A stretch of DNA of 64,000 nucleotides from Spirochaetia bacterium (GCA_965249825.1 CBDFMW010000002.1:98644-162643), one strand, 5' to 3'. Counted from the stretch's first letter, positions 19,335 to 29,963 are shown. Program-made: numbers and translations. Notes: generated by a model not told the origin, from the sequence alone.

Positions 19335-21293
19335 ATGTCAGATCAATATGATGCACAAAATATTCAGGTATTAAAGGGTTTAGAGGCCGTTAGAGTACGC
19401 CCTGGTATGTACATAGGGTCTACCAGTGTGGATGGTTTGCATCACATGGTTTATGAGGTTGTAGACAATAGTATTGATGAGGCGTTAGCAGGGCATTGTA
19501 CCTCAGTTCAGGTTACCATCGAAGCAGGCGATATTATTTGCGTGCGCGATGATGGGCGAGGGATTCCCACTGACATTCACCAAGAAGAGGGCATTTCGGC
19601 CTTAGAGCTGGTTATGACTCGCCTGCATGCTGGGGGTAAGTTTGACAAAGACAGCTACAAAGTGTCCGGTGGTTTACATGGTGTGGGTGTCTCGGTTGTA
19701 AATGCCCTCTCTCTGTGGTTAGAGGCGACTGTTTATCGCAATGGCTTGGTTATGCGCCAACGCTATCAGCGAGGCATAACCGCTACGGCATTAGAGCAGG
19801 TGGGAACGACCACCGAGGTGGGGACACAGGTGCGTTTTGCCGCCGACCCTACCATCTTTGTGGACACGACTAGTTATCTTTTTGACACCTTAGCCACTCG
19901 TTTACGCGAGCTAGCGTTCCTCAATAAAGGTATTCACATTACCCTGACCGATGAGCGTGTGGTGCTCCCTGTGGTGAAAGAGTTTTTCTTTAATGACGGC
20001 GTGGCTGGGTTTGTGCGCTATTTAAATAGAGGAAAAACCTTGTTGCATCCACAACCTATCTATCTGGAGTGTGTGAAAGAGGGTGTGGTGGTGGAGATTG
20101 GTATGCAGTACCATGATGGCTATAACGAAAATGTTTACTCTTTTGTGAATAACATCAACACCCGTGAGGGTGGCACACATCTTTCTGGCTTTAAAAGTGC
20201 GCTCACTCGTGCGGTAAACAAGCGTTTTGAGGCCGATATGGCTGAAAAAAAGGCTAGTAAGACGGCTAAGAAAACTAAAGTGGTGGAGATTGAAGACACT
20301 AGTTTTTCCGGTGATGATGTGCGCGAGGGTTTGACCGCTGTAATTAGCATTAAAATGGCTAATCCGCAATTTGAAGGACAAACCAAACAAAAGCTGGGTA
20401 ACAGTGAGATCAAAGGTTTGGTAGACTCAGCCGTTTATGAACGCCTTACTGAGTATTTTGCCGAGAATCCCGGTGTGCTGAATACGGTGCTTGAAAAAGC
20501 CATGTTAGCGGCACGAGCGCGGTTAGCAGCCCGTAAAGCACGCGAGCGTGAGCGCAAAAATGTGCTAACCGGTGGTGGTTTACCTGGTAAACTTACCGAC
20601 TGCAGCGACAAAGACCCGCTCAACTGTGAGGTGTTTATTGTTGAGGGTGATTCGGCAGGTGGTTCGGCAAAACAGGGACGTGACCCACGCATTCAGGCTA
20701 TTTTACCGTTGTGGGGAAAAATGCTGAATGTGGAAAAAACTCGACTAGATAAAGTAATTGATAATGAAAAATTGCAACCAGTTATTTTAGCATTGGGGGC
20801 TGGGGTGGGCGATGAGTTCAACCTCGACCGTTTACGCTACCACAAAGTGGTGCTGATGGCTGATGCGGATGTAGATGGTAGCCATATCAACACCTTGCTT
20901 CTCACTTTCTTTTTCCGCTACATGCGCCCACTCATTCAAGCGGGGCATATTTATCTAGCCTGTCCGCCTCTTTATAAAATGATGAAGGGTAGTGGTAAAA
21001 ACAAGCAGACCTTTTATGTGTATAGTGATGATGAGCGGGATGTGGTGATGGCAGAGCATAGCTTTGACCCTGATAAAGACGATATTCAGCGCTTTAAAGG
21101 GTTGGGGGAGATGAACTATGAAGAGCTGTGGACTACCACCATGAACCCTGAAAAGCGTCGCTTGAAACGGATCTGCTTGGAAGATGAAGTGGAAACCGAG
21201 GCGACCTTTAGTATGTTGATGGGGGATCTTGTGCCACCACGCCGGCAGTTTATTGAAGAAAACGCTCTGTATGCGACAAACTTGGACATTTAA
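19335..21293 (+). CDS. gyrB: DNA topoisomerase II (ATP-hydrolyzing) subunit B (GyrB-type)
   Basis: GHKL ATPase N-terminus, Toprim EGDSAGG, C-terminus ...ENALYATNLDI; GyrB vs ParE not resolvable by eye. Confidence 0.8.
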   Translation: MSDQYDAQNIQVLKGLEAVRVRPGMYIGSTSVDGLHHMVYEVVDNSIDEALAGHCTSVQVTIEAGDIICVRDDGRGIPTDIHQEEGISALELVMTRLHAGGKFDKDSYKVSGGLHGVGVSVVNALSLWLEATVYRNGLVMRQRYQRGITATALEQVGTTTEVGTQVRFAADPTIFVDTTSYLFDTLATRLRELAFLNKGIHITLTDERVVLPVVKEFFFNDGVAGFVRYLNRGKTLLHPQPIYLECVKEGVVVEIGMQYHDGYNENVYSFVNNINTREGGTHLSGFKSALTRAVNKRFEADMAEKKASKTAKKTKVVEIEDTSFSGDDVREGLTAVISIKMANPQFEGQTKQKLGNSEIKGLVDSAVYERLTEYFAENPGVLNTVLEKAMLAARARLAARKARERERKNVLTGGGLPGKLTDCSDKDPLNCEVFIVEGDSAGGSAKQGRDPRIQAILPLWGKMLNVEKTRLDKVIDNEKLQPVILALGAGVGDEFNLDRLRYHKVVLMADADVDGSHINTLLLTFFFRYMRPLIQAGHIYLACPPLYKMMKGSGKNKQTFYVYSDDERDVVMAEHSFDPDKDDIQRFKGLGEMNYEELWTTTMNPEKRRLKRICLEDEVETEATFSMLMGDLVPPRRQFIEENALYATNLDI

Positions 21294-21310
21294 GTAGACA
21301 TTTGGTTAAT

Positions 21311-21338
21311 AAAAAACCCCTCATCGGAGGGGTTTTTT
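21311..21338. terminator. bidirectional rho-independent terminator between gyrB and smpB
   Basis: aaaaaacccctc-atcg-gaggggtttttt hairpin flanked by A-run and T-run. Confidence 0.8.
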
Positions 21339-21363
21339 ATGTTACACACAAATTGTGCACAAA

Positions 21364-21861
21364 CTAAAAGCGTTTGCCTTCACGAGCTATGCTGATTTTC
21401 ACATCACGCTCTTTAATAGTTTCGCGCTTATCATACAGCTTTTTACCCCGTGCCAAGCCCAACAAAACTTTTACTTTGTTACCTTTAAAATAAAACCGCA
21501 GAGGCACGAGGGTGATGCCTTTCTCTCGCACTTTTTTGTACAATTTTACTATCTCGTCATGGTGGGCGAGAAGCTTGCGGGGGCGGTCGGTCTTGTGGTT
21601 AAACATGTTGCCTTGGTCATAATGTGAGATGTTGAGCTTGTAGATGTAGAGCTGATAGTCAGCACTCACTTCGCAGTAAGAATCGACAAAATTCATTCGC
21701 CCTGCTCGCAGACTTTTCACCTCGGTACCTGCCAGCACAATGCCACACTCAAGCTCGCTGAGTATCTCGTAGTTAAAGCGTGCTTTTTTGTTGTCGCCAA
21801 TGGTTTTAGTAGCGGTGTTAAGAGAGCCTTTTTTGGCAACAGGCGGTTTTTGTTTAGACAT
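21364..21861 (-). CDS. smpB: SsrA-binding protein SmpB
   Basis: ARFNYEILSELECGIVLAGTEVKSLR ... LVPLRFYFKGNKVKVLLGLARGKKLYDKRE. Confidence 0.9.
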   Translation of the reverse strand: MSKQKPPVAKKGSLNTATKTIGDNKKARFNYEILSELECGIVLAGTEVKSLRAGRMNFVDSYCEVSADYQLYIYKLNISHYDQGNMFNHKTDRPRKLLAHHDEIVKLYKKVREKGITLVPLRFYFKGNKVKVLLGLARGKKLYDKRETIKERDVKISIAREGKRF

Positions 21862-21876
21862 ATAAACTCCTAGGGG

Positions 21877-23292
21877 CTATTGAATAGGCTCTAACACAAG
21901 ACGGAAGCCCACAAAAGGACTCATAAACTCAGGCGGCTGCGCCCCACGTTGGTAGCTAGGCAAGGTCTCCAAGGCTGGGTTAAAACCTTTCACACTACGT
22001 AAAAAGGGGCTGTAGTTAAGATAAAACGATCGTTGCCCAGAGTAAAGCAAATTGCGCAAGGGAATGAAAGGTTCACCCGTCCACTCAAAGCTGGTAGGGG
22101 TGATACGACTGGTGTCTACCAAGTATTGCCACTCGGCCTCGTAGAGTAGACGAGCCCGGTAGCGCTGCCCCTGCTGGCGTAATTGATTGTTGAGGTAGGC
22201 TAAATAAAGCTGCACTTGCGGGTAGCTGACATAGAACACGGGGTAGGTGGCGCGTGCCTCACGGTTAAAGGGTGATTGATCGGTTAAGGCGTTGGGCTGG
22301 CGGGTAAAGCTGGCAAACTGCGCTTCCGAAATGAGGCTCTGCGTGTAGTAAAAGCCTGCAAGGTCGATAGTCGATGGGTAATGACGTAAATCGTTGGTGT
22401 CAGCGTAGTGGGGATTGCCCACCGTGAGTAAGGCCGCTGGGGCGTAGTTAAACGTTTGCCCTAACAGGGTGATAGGCGGGCGGGCGACCTCGGTGATGAC
22501 AGGCACTTCAAGCCACGCCGATGCCCCTGCGGCTTCGCGCAGAGCGGTGAGCTGACTAAACGGTGTGTCGGTCAAGGTGATGGGTAAGCCGGTGATCATA
22601 ACGGGGTCGATAAATAACCCAGCTCGAGAGAGCAACTGCCATGTGGCTAGCACTTGGTTGTAGCCTTCTTCATCGGCTATTAATGCCCAAATATCACTTG
22701 CCCAGCGCATAATTTGCGTATCGGTGATGAGACCTTGCTCCCGTGCGGTAAGGATGGTTTGGGCGGTTTGTAAAAGGATGGGTTCGCGAGGAAAACGGGG
22801 ATCATGGTCAATTACCAACGAAAAGCTAGCCTGATGGGTGGCTTCACGCAGAAAGGCTACAGGTATGCCCTCTTGGTTTTCTATTGAGGGCAACCAAGTG
22901 AGCGTGATGGGCAGTTTTTTGTTGAGAGGGGCAATAAGCGTGAGCCATATCTTACCCTGCACATTCATGGACTGTTCATACACCTCAAAAAAAGGCTTAC
23001 TCATGGTTAGGGTGCGATCGCCTGCTTTCACAAAGGTTTTTAAAGGGGTAACCCCCACTAGCACACCGTCAATCTGCACGCTGGCACCGGGGGCGTTGGA
23101 TGTGATGTGCAGGTAGCTACCATAGTTTTTTAAACCGGGGTAAACGGCAACCATAAACAAAACCATCATGAGTAGTATGGTGTAGATGTATTTTAGGTAT
23201 AGGGCAGGTGGCAAACCTAAGATAGGTTTGAGGGTCACCTCGAGGTTGGGCTGAGCTGGGTTTTCTTCCACAATTTTTTTACGACGAAACAT
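21877..23292 (-). CDS. membrane-anchored FGE-sulfatase (SUMF1/formylglycine-generating enzyme) family protein
   Basis: N-terminal TM helix; C-terminal domain with YRARLLYEAEWQYLV and terminal VGFRLVLEP resembling FGE family. Confidence 0.45.
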   Translation of the reverse strand: MFRRKKIVEENPAQPNLEVTLKPILGLPPALYLKYIYTILLMMVLFMVAVYPGLKNYGSYLHITSNAPGASVQIDGVLVGVTPLKTFVKAGDRTLTMSKPFFEVYEQSMNVQGKIWLTLIAPLNKKLPITLTWLPSIENQEGIPVAFLREATHQASFSLVIDHDPRFPREPILLQTAQTILTAREQGLITDTQIMRWASDIWALIADEEGYNQVLATWQLLSRAGLFIDPVMITGLPITLTDTPFSQLTALREAAGASAWLEVPVITEVARPPITLLGQTFNYAPAALLTVGNPHYADTNDLRHYPSTIDLAGFYYTQSLISEAQFASFTRQPNALTDQSPFNREARATYPVFYVSYPQVQLYLAYLNNQLRQQGQRYRARLLYEAEWQYLVDTSRITPTSFEWTGEPFIPLRNLLYSGQRSFYLNYSPFLRSVKGFNPALETLPSYQRGAQPPEFMSPFVGFRLVLEPIQ

Positions 23293-23358
23293 AGTTTTGA
23301 TTATAGGGGAATAGATAGGTAAGAGTCAATAAACCATCGCAGTGTTAGAGTTGTTTAA

Positions 23359-24108
23359 ATGAGATGTTTGGCGTATAATGGCGGTGGAAGGGGTAAGAAA
23401 GGCGTGTTAGAAAGTATATTAAATTTTATTAGTGATATAGCCAATGAAGGGATGCGGAGCGAGTCTGCTCAAGTGCTGTTTTGGGGCATGACCGGCTGGG
23501 TGGGCTACTGGTTTGCTTATCATGGCTTTACCAAACCGAAAGGTTGGGCAATGTACACGGCGTGGTTCATTTATAGTTTGCCTTATTTAGTCATACGAGG
23601 ATTAAGAAATGAAACGACTGAGGTTCCTAAAGAGTTGCTGGCATGGGCTTTACTGATTAGCATTGTTATGGGAATATTTTGGGCGAGATGGGGACGTGAT
23701 TGGTTATCAGCCCTTCTTCGCATGTTTGGCATAAGTAATGAAACAGGGCATGAAAGGTTACTTGATGATATTGCAAAAGCGAAAACAGGTGATATTGAAA
23801 TAGAGTTACATGATGGTACGACTTTTTTTGGAGCTATACAGCCCTATGATAAGGAGTATGTTTCTAGCGGAACGTTTGATCAGGCTGGAAATATCTGTCT
23901 ATATGTGGAAGAAATCAATGGACGTAAACAAGCAATTCTAGAGAAGCATGTTACGCTTACCTATGTGCCAGAGAGAGAAATAAAACTTATTAGATTTATA
24001 AATTCAAAAAAAGAAGAAACCAATCTAGCTAATTTTTTTCTATACGTAGGGAAGAGCAACATATTTTGGCTGGGATTATATCTCATTTTATGGTTTCTGC
24101 TCTTTTAA
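23359..24108 (+). CDS. hypothetical membrane protein
   Basis: 249-aa ORF with several hydrophobic helices. Confidence 0.4.
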   Translation: MRCLAYNGGGRGKKGVLESILNFISDIANEGMRSESAQVLFWGMTGWVGYWFAYHGFTKPKGWAMYTAWFIYSLPYLVIRGLRNETTEVPKELLAWALLISIVMGIFWARWGRDWLSALLRMFGISNETGHERLLDDIAKAKTGDIEIELHDGTTFFGAIQPYDKEYVSSGTFDQAGNICLYVEEINGRKQAILEKHVTLTYVPEREIKLIRFINSKKEETNLANFFLYVGKSNIFWLGLYLILWFLLF

Positions 24109-24344
24109 AGGTCTTGATGACCCCGCCGATCCCAATTTTTTACTTTCAGTCGATGTTGTTACCGGGCTTTGAGGGTTGTTACCTCTTGAGGACGGTGCAG
24201 ATCCCTGAGTCCTGCTATGAGTCTGTGGCCTACTTGTATTTTCTTCATCTGCCATATCTTTATATCTCCTTTTATTAAGTGCAGTTTAATTATAGCCACA
24301 TAAATAGGAAAGAGTCAAGCGTTCTCAACTCTTCCCCAAAAAGA

Positions 24345-24779
24345 TTACACCTGCTCCAAGTGATACTCAAGCTTATTCAGCACCTGCTTCCAAAACTTCT
24401 GCAATCCAGCATGAATCTTTTTCATCTGCCACACCTTCTTCAGCCCTTCAGCGGCAAAGCCGTCATGCGACAGGCTTAAGCGTTGCACACCATTAATATG
24501 GCTTAAACGCAGGGTGATGTGAAAGTTCAAGCCCAGCTCTTGGTTCTCAAGGGTCAAGTCAAGGTAGGCATTTTGAGCCATGTTTTTTACCAGCCCAGCA
24601 CAAGGGGTAAGGGTTTTGCCACCTAAGGGCAAGCCCAAGGTAAAGGTTGCACCTTTGGTCAAATCGGTGGAGACATCGCCCAACCATTGGCTTAAAAAGG
24701 CTGGCTGGGTGAGGGCTCGCCACACGGCTTCGGGTGATCCCTGTAAGGGACGGTCAAGAGTTATTGCATCTAGTGTCAT
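24345..24779 (-). CDS. SRPBCC (AHSA1/polyketide-cyclase-like) family protein
   Basis: 144 aa; PEAVWRALTQPAFLSQWLGD pattern. Confidence 0.4.
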   Translation of the reverse strand: MTLDAITLDRPLQGSPEAVWRALTQPAFLSQWLGDVSTDLTKGATFTLGLPLGGKTLTPCAGLVKNMAQNAYLDLTLENQELGLNFHITLRLSHINGVQRLSLSHDGFAAEGLKKVWQMKKIHAGLQKFWKQVLNKLEYHLEQV

Positions 24780-24863
24780 AATACTTAACAGGATAATGGC
24801 TAGCCAAGAGGTCTGTCAATCCTTTTTAACCAAAACTCCGCACTATTTGTTAAACCTTCGCCT

Positions 24864-25745
24864 GTGTTTGTTCGATTCATGAAGGATAACCCCACTAATA
24901 GGAAGGACACCGCTTTGCTCACCATACCCCAAGACCTCAACTACACCAAACTCATCGATAACCATTTTCACACCATGGGGCTATTCAACCTCGATGACGC
25001 ACAGCTTGATCTCTACTTTACCCAACTGTTTGCGGCTGGGTTTGGTCGGGCGCTCGATTCAGGGGCTGCCATGCGCACCTTTGCCCCTCGGGCTGCCCTA
25101 GCCGACAAGTTTGCCGAGCTGTATTTAGCCTCGGGGTTTCATCCCTCCGACACCTACGATGATCTAAAACCGGACATGAGCCTGCTGAAAGAGCAGATGG
25201 TTCACCCCAAAAACGTGTGCGTGGGCGAGATTGGTCTGGACTATAGCTACTTTGAGCTGGAAGCGGCGGCCCAGTTTGCCGATAAAGGCAAAGCCTTTCA
25301 ACACAATTTGTTTAGCGAACAGCTAGAGATAGCCCACAACGCTCACCTCCCTGTGATGCTGCATGTGCGCGATGCCCATGAGGATGCTTTGGCATTGGTG
25401 AAAAATGCTGGGGTTTCGCAGGGCGTGGTGCATTGTTTTACGGGTAAAGTAGAGATAGCTCGTAAATGGCTAGACGCTGGCTTTTATTTGAGCTTTTCCG
25501 GCATTGTAACGTTTAAAAAAGCTCCCTATGTGCAGGCGAGTGCGGCCTTTTGCCCCCCCGACCGGGTGCTGTGCGAGACCGATGCCCCATGGCTCGCCCC
25601 TGTGCCACACCGAGGAGCCACCAACCACCCAGCCTATGTGGCGTATGTTTATAATGCCATGAGCGAGTTGCTCGATGTGCCACTAAGTGAGCTGGTGGAT
25701 AGAGTGGATGAAAACTTTAAAACGCTTTATCAGTTAAAGAGTTAG
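24864..25745 (+). CDS. TatD-family metal-dependent hydrolase
   Basis: DNHFH N-terminal metal motif, GEIGLDY, HCFTG. Confidence 0.7.
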   Translation: MFVRFMKDNPTNRKDTALLTIPQDLNYTKLIDNHFHTMGLFNLDDAQLDLYFTQLFAAGFGRALDSGAAMRTFAPRAALADKFAELYLASGFHPSDTYDDLKPDMSLLKEQMVHPKNVCVGEIGLDYSYFELEAAAQFADKGKAFQHNLFSEQLEIAHNAHLPVMLHVRDAHEDALALVKNAGVSQGVVHCFTGKVEIARKWLDAGFYLSFSGIVTFKKAPYVQASAAFCPPDRVLCETDAPWLAPVPHRGATNHPAYVAYVYNAMSELLDVPLSELVDRVDENFKTLYQLKS

Positions 25746-26728
25746 TTAAGTATACGCTGCACAAACCGCACCATGGAGGTGGCTACCGTCGCCACGGTGC
25801 CGGGGGCTTTGGCGTTGCCGGTGATGGTGTGTTCGCCAGACGTGCCTGTGTCGTTTAAAATGAGCAACTCTTTTTGAATGGGGTGCAGATTGCCATAACG
25901 AGCAAACACCGTGTAGGTGTAGGGCGTACTAACTACGTTGTCAAAGTCGGATGCCACAATAAACAACGGCACCGTGAGGTTTTCAAAGTCAAGCTTGTGT
26001 AAACGGTTAATGCCGATGGCAAGGGCAATCGTTGCATCAAAATGCTGTGAATTGCTCCAAATATAAGGATACGAACCATCGGGGATAATGGTCGGTTTAT
26101 CGGCCGAACCATGATAGCCCCCATACATTTTACGCCCAATCATCGCTCCAATCGGGTTAGCCAATAGGTTAGACTTTTTGTCTTTGGGCTGGTAGTTCGG
26201 TGCTACAAATAAGGTAGCGATAATGTCGCCGTCGGCTTGATGGGCATTTACTAAAAAAGTGGCAATGGCAGCTCCGTTAGAGTGCGCCATGATGATGATT
26301 TTTTTGCCTAAAACACGCCCAATGGCAAGCGCCTCTTCGGCATCGGCGAGCCAGTCATCAAAGGTTACATCTTTAAAGGAGTCATGCCCCCCTTCAATGC
26401 CATGCCCTGCAAACCGTGTGTAAAAAAGATTGGCGTTTAATGTTTGTGCCACCAGTTGCGGCACGGGGTCAATCTCTTGACGGCTGGAGGAATACCCATG
26501 AAAATAGATGATTGCCACCTCAGAGGCAACATTTGGTTCGCTAGCCCACACAATCTTTTTGGCAGCCCCTTCTAATACGTTGGGTACTTGGGCTTCACTT
26601 TCGGTTAAAAAGGACTCAAGGGCTTCAATGTTGGTAGGCGGGGTGGGGCGTGAGAGCGGTGTATCAGTGCTTTTAACACTGCAACCAGCCAGCAAAACGG
26701 TGAGTAAAAGAGGGGTGAGTTTGTCCAT
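25742..26728 (-). CDS. alpha/beta-hydrolase lipoprotein
   Basis: Lipobox LLAGCSV; nucleophile-elbow-like MAHSNGAA. Confidence 0.55.
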   Translation of the reverse strand: MDKLTPLLLTVLLAGCSVKSTDTPLSRPTPPTNIEALESFLTESEAQVPNVLEGAAKKIVWASEPNVASEVAIIYFHGYSSSRQEIDPVPQLVAQTLNANLFYTRFAGHGIEGGHDSFKDVTFDDWLADAEEALAIGRVLGKKIIIMAHSNGAAIATFLVNAHQADGDIIATLFVAPNYQPKDKKSNLLANPIGAMIGRKMYGGYHGSADKPTIIPDGSYPYIWSNSQHFDATIALAIGINRLHKLDFENLTVPLFIVASDFDNVVSTPYTYTVFARYGNLHPIQKELLILNDTGTSGEHTITGNAKAPGTVATVATSMVRFVQRILN

Positions 26729-26766
26729 AATGGGTAAGTCTCCAGCAAGGTAGAGGGTGAAAAGAA

Positions 26767-26838
26767 GCCAAAACTGGGAATTGAACCCAGGACCTACTCG
26801 TTACGAGTGAGTTGCTCTACCGCTGAGCTATTTTGGCG
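26767..26838 (-). tRNA. tRNA-Thr (anticodon CGU)
   Basis: Cloverleaf on minus strand: acceptor GCCAAAA/UUUUGGC, T-loop GGTTCAATTCC, anticodon loop CU-CGU-AA; one A.C mismatch at 31-39. Confidence 0.75.
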
Positions 26839-27815
26839 TATAACCCCTTCACCATAAAATATAACGCTCTTTTTGTCAAGGGGAAAGGTTTTGGTTGACT
26901 AACGACTAAATGTTTTTTGATTTCATCATAGACTATAGCAGGAAGAGCGGTTTTAGTGAAAGCTTTATCTAGTTTCTTAGTTTCATTCTTTTGAGCCTTT
27001 TCTAATTTTTCAAAGGAGGATTGCAAGTAAGGTGATTTTTTACTTATTTTTTGCATAGCATCAAAAATCGATTGTAAAGATCTGGTGTTCTTCGCAAATC
27101 TTTCACCGTATATGCGTTGATTGTGAGCACAGTGATTTCTTAGTGTAGAGAATGCCCACAAATCCTTTTCGAGTTTTTTTATATCTTTGTTTAGGTGTTT
27201 TGTGTTTTTGGGTTGACCTAGAAGTACAACGATGTTTTCTTTTAAGTCCTGCGGTAAAATTTGGTAGAACTTACTGAGTTTGCCAAATGTAAGTTCATTA
27301 ACCAATATCCATATCGGAACATAACCATGATTTTTTGGATCGAGATAGTGGGTTATATAGGGGATTTTTGTTCTGCTATTTTTAATTATAGTCTGAAATT
27401 CTTTAATTACCTCTTTTGTTTCTTTATCTGTAGGATTAGGATAGTTCTTCGGGTCGCAAAAAAATGTGTCTTTATAGCTGTCGTGCGCATGATTCTTAAA
27501 GTAGTGAGCCACTTGATAGCCAATGATATTTTTAAGAAATGCTTCAATATATAGCAACTGGGTTAGGTAGAGTTTACGCAAAGCACCATCAAATTGATAG
27601 AGGGTATGGATTTGAAAGAGTGATGTTCCTGTATGATATTGGTTCGTACGAGTATCCGCTAGAAATGGTTTACCAAAGGAGTTAATGAGCGTGTAGTAGT
27701 TACATTGTTTTAAAATAGCTAAATCAAAGTTATAATTTTTGGGTATCCCTGATAGATTCCGTTTGTAAAGCTGTTTTAGTTGCTCTTCATGAGTTAACGG
27801 AGGTTTTTCTGCCAT
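26817..27815 (-). CDS. Abi_2 family (AbiD/AbiF-like) abortive-infection HEPN protein
   Basis: 332 aa; hallmark STLRNHCAHNQRIY (R-x4-H) and Abi_2 N-terminal helical region; 3' end overlaps tRNA-Thr 5' end. Confidence 0.8.
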   Translation of the reverse strand: MAEKPPLTHEEQLKQLYKRNLSGIPKNYNFDLAILKQCNYYTLINSFGKPFLADTRTNQYHTGTSLFQIHTLYQFDGALRKLYLTQLLYIEAFLKNIIGYQVAHYFKNHAHDSYKDTFFCDPKNYPNPTDKETKEVIKEFQTIIKNSRTKIPYITHYLDPKNHGYVPIWILVNELTFGKLSKFYQILPQDLKENIVVLLGQPKNTKHLNKDIKKLEKDLWAFSTLRNHCAHNQRIYGERFAKNTRSLQSIFDAMQKISKKSPYLQSSFEKLEKAQKNETKKLDKAFTKTALPAIVYDEIKKHLVVSQPKPFPLTKRALYFMVKGLYAKIAQR

Positions 27816-28362
27816 TTATATCAAACCTCCTTATCGAGACAAAAAAAACATCCCGATTTTCAAGAGGTTATCTTGAAGGATAAGGATGTCCCCACCAAAT
27901 TCATGGTGTCTCTTATCTTAAGTATAGCCTAAATAGGGCAGGGTGTCAAGCATGGATTCTGTAAGAATCTAATAAACTGGTTGTGAGGGGTGGAAGACAA
28001 GCTAGACGAAATAGTGTACACTCTTTATAATTTGAACGCTGAAGAACGAGCGGTGGTGAGTGGGGGGCGGAGCTGATGGGTGGGGAGTTGACAAGCGTGC
28101 TTAATTAGCGTATCATTAGGGTGGAAGGATTTTGGTTACTGCATGTTAAGTTTTATTCTTAATGAATAAGAGGGAGATGCGTTTTGAAATCCGGATTCTT
28201 TAATATATAATATTAAAATGACGGATTTTAGAATTAAGAACGAGGCTAAGTAATATTGGTCTTTAAGCAAGGTAGTTGAGAAACACTATTGGATTTACTG
28301 GGTTCAACACGGTAACAACAAAAAATCTCTATAAGACAAAGCCCGCCTTTTGTGGGCTGTTG

Positions 28363-29181
28363 TCATGTGTGCCTTAATCCATCATTTAAATAAATGTTCA
28401 CATGACTTGCCTTGATGCGTACTTTTTCCTGTGTTCTTCCATTGAAAAAATCGCTATCAATATTTCCATCACTTTCTATTTGCACATCATAGTGATGACC
28501 TGCACCGTAACGATACCCAAAGCGATAGTGACCACTTAAATAGTAATGAGCGGAATCGGTAGACTTGTTGTTTAAGTCCCCATGCTTGTGGTTACCATAA
28601 AAAAATAGGCGTTTCTTACGATCCTGATACCCTTCCTTTTTAGCTGAGTTTGCCTTGACAAATTTAAAAGGATTGGCTATCGTAGGATTTAACTCTTCTT
28701 TGCCGAGATACACAGCCTTTAGGTGTGCTTCAAAAGCAAAGCCATTTATTTTTTCGTCAAAATTTTTGATTGGCAATAAGTAAACGTGATTATTTCTTAG
28801 TTGCTTCGCTCGTATGTTGTACTCCACAGCTTTTGATATAGCCGTAGACCATAACTCCTCATTTCTATAGTGCTCACTAGATAGTGGTTCTATAGAGCGG
28901 ATAGAGGCAAAAGGAAAAAATAACTCTAACAAAACATCGCAATTCGCATCCTTGTGTTTTACATAGATAAGCTGAATAAACTTGTATGTATGTCTTTTAA
29001 CAAGAGGCAAGAGTAAGTCTTTAAAATACTTATTAATAGGTTCTACGGTGTATTTCGGACTAATTTCATTTACTGGCATAAAAGCAAAATCATGATTTGG
29101 ATGTTTTTTTTCTACTGCCTCAGGTAATTTAACACAGAGTGTTTTATTTAGCCCTGCTACAATAACTAACGTTTTAGCCAT
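28363..29181 (-). CDS. hypothetical protein (AT-rich islet, downstream gene of 2-gene module)
   Basis: 272-aa ORF, markedly lower GC than flanks, 3 bp after upstream ORF stop; hairpin terminator at ~28337-28360. Confidence 0.5.
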   Translation of the reverse strand: MAKTLVIVAGLNKTLCVKLPEAVEKKHPNHDFAFMPVNEISPKYTVEPINKYFKDLLLPLVKRHTYKFIQLIYVKHKDANCDVLLELFFPFASIRSIEPLSSEHYRNEELWSTAISKAVEYNIRAKQLRNNHVYLLPIKNFDEKINGFAFEAHLKAVYLGKEELNPTIANPFKFVKANSAKKEGYQDRKKRLFFYGNHKHGDLNNKSTDSAHYYLSGHYRFGYRYGAGHHYDVQIESDGNIDSDFFNGRTQEKVRIKASHVNIYLNDGLRHT

Positions 29182-29184
29182 TTG

Positions 29185-29640
29185 CTATTTATGCTCTCCC
29201 AGCAAACTCTCTATCAGCCATACTGGAAGTTGTTTATCCTTATGTTCACTGGGGATACGGTCAAGCACTTTTTGTAATAAAGAAACATCGTGAGCCTTTT
29301 TCTTTGTTTTGACAGAACTTGGCACACTCATTTGATTATCAGTGCCATTTAAAAGTTCGTCTATGCGTGTTTCGTCCTCGTCTTTGGCAACGGCAATAAC
29401 TAGAGGGTTACTGTTTGCATGAACAAGTTTTTTTAAAAATGTATGTTCTTTGATTTTATCTTTAAGCTTCTCTTCGCCTAAAAAATCATCTAGGGAATGT
29501 TTTCCATATTCAGAAATCAATCTATTTCCAAGCTCTGCCGCCAATAGAACTTTAATGGGTTTTCCATCTTTGTTGTATTTATCACTATTGTAAAGCTTTT
29601 CTGTAAACCTTCTGAACTTTTCGATATTTAACTCACTCAT
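29185..29640 (-). CDS. hypothetical protein (AT-rich islet, upstream gene of 2-gene module)
   Basis: 151-aa ORF, Lys/Glu-rich. Confidence 0.5.
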   Translation of the reverse strand: MSELNIEKFRRFTEKLYNSDKYNKDGKPIKVLLAAELGNRLISEYGKHSLDDFLGEEKLKDKIKEHTFLKKLVHANSNPLVIAVAKDEDETRIDELLNGTDNQMSVPSSVKTKKKAHDVSLLQKVLDRIPSEHKDKQLPVWLIESLLGEHK

Positions 29641-29963
29641 TTATCTTTATCCTTTTTATCTAAAATAATCCGATCTTACTTTATCATCATTAGGAGGTTA
29701 TGTCAAATCTTCATGAGATATATGGTATACTATAAGATATATAATACACTTAATAACCAAGGATATAAGAACATGACACTTTTAAAATGGCTATTGAAAC
29801 CATTCCGTAAAGAAGAGATGCCGGCTGAACTCTGCGATATTTCAGCAAGCTTAACTGCTTTTGCCGAGGCTCATCCTGAGGTTTTAAAACGTTCTAAGGA
29901 GATTGGCGAACGGTGGATGAGAGAAAGTCAGAAAAGCTAGACTTACGGTAGGAGAGGGCGAAC

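Noticed and set aside
19335-21293. Calling this ParE rather than GyrB
   Set aside because: The C-terminal ...NLDI ending and the 650-aa length fit GyrB of spirochetes. It cannot be excluded without gyrA/parC context, so it is labelled GyrB-type with reduced confidence.
24066-24479. Small ORFs 24066..24278 and 24279..24479
   Set aside because: They are low-complexity, have no RBS, and overlap a convergent intergenic region.
29713-29940. HicA toxin upstream of HicB-like gene
   Set aside because: The small ORF lacks the HicA dsRBD-like fold signature (no conserved Gly-Ser-His region). It is kept only as a possible unrelated small ORF.
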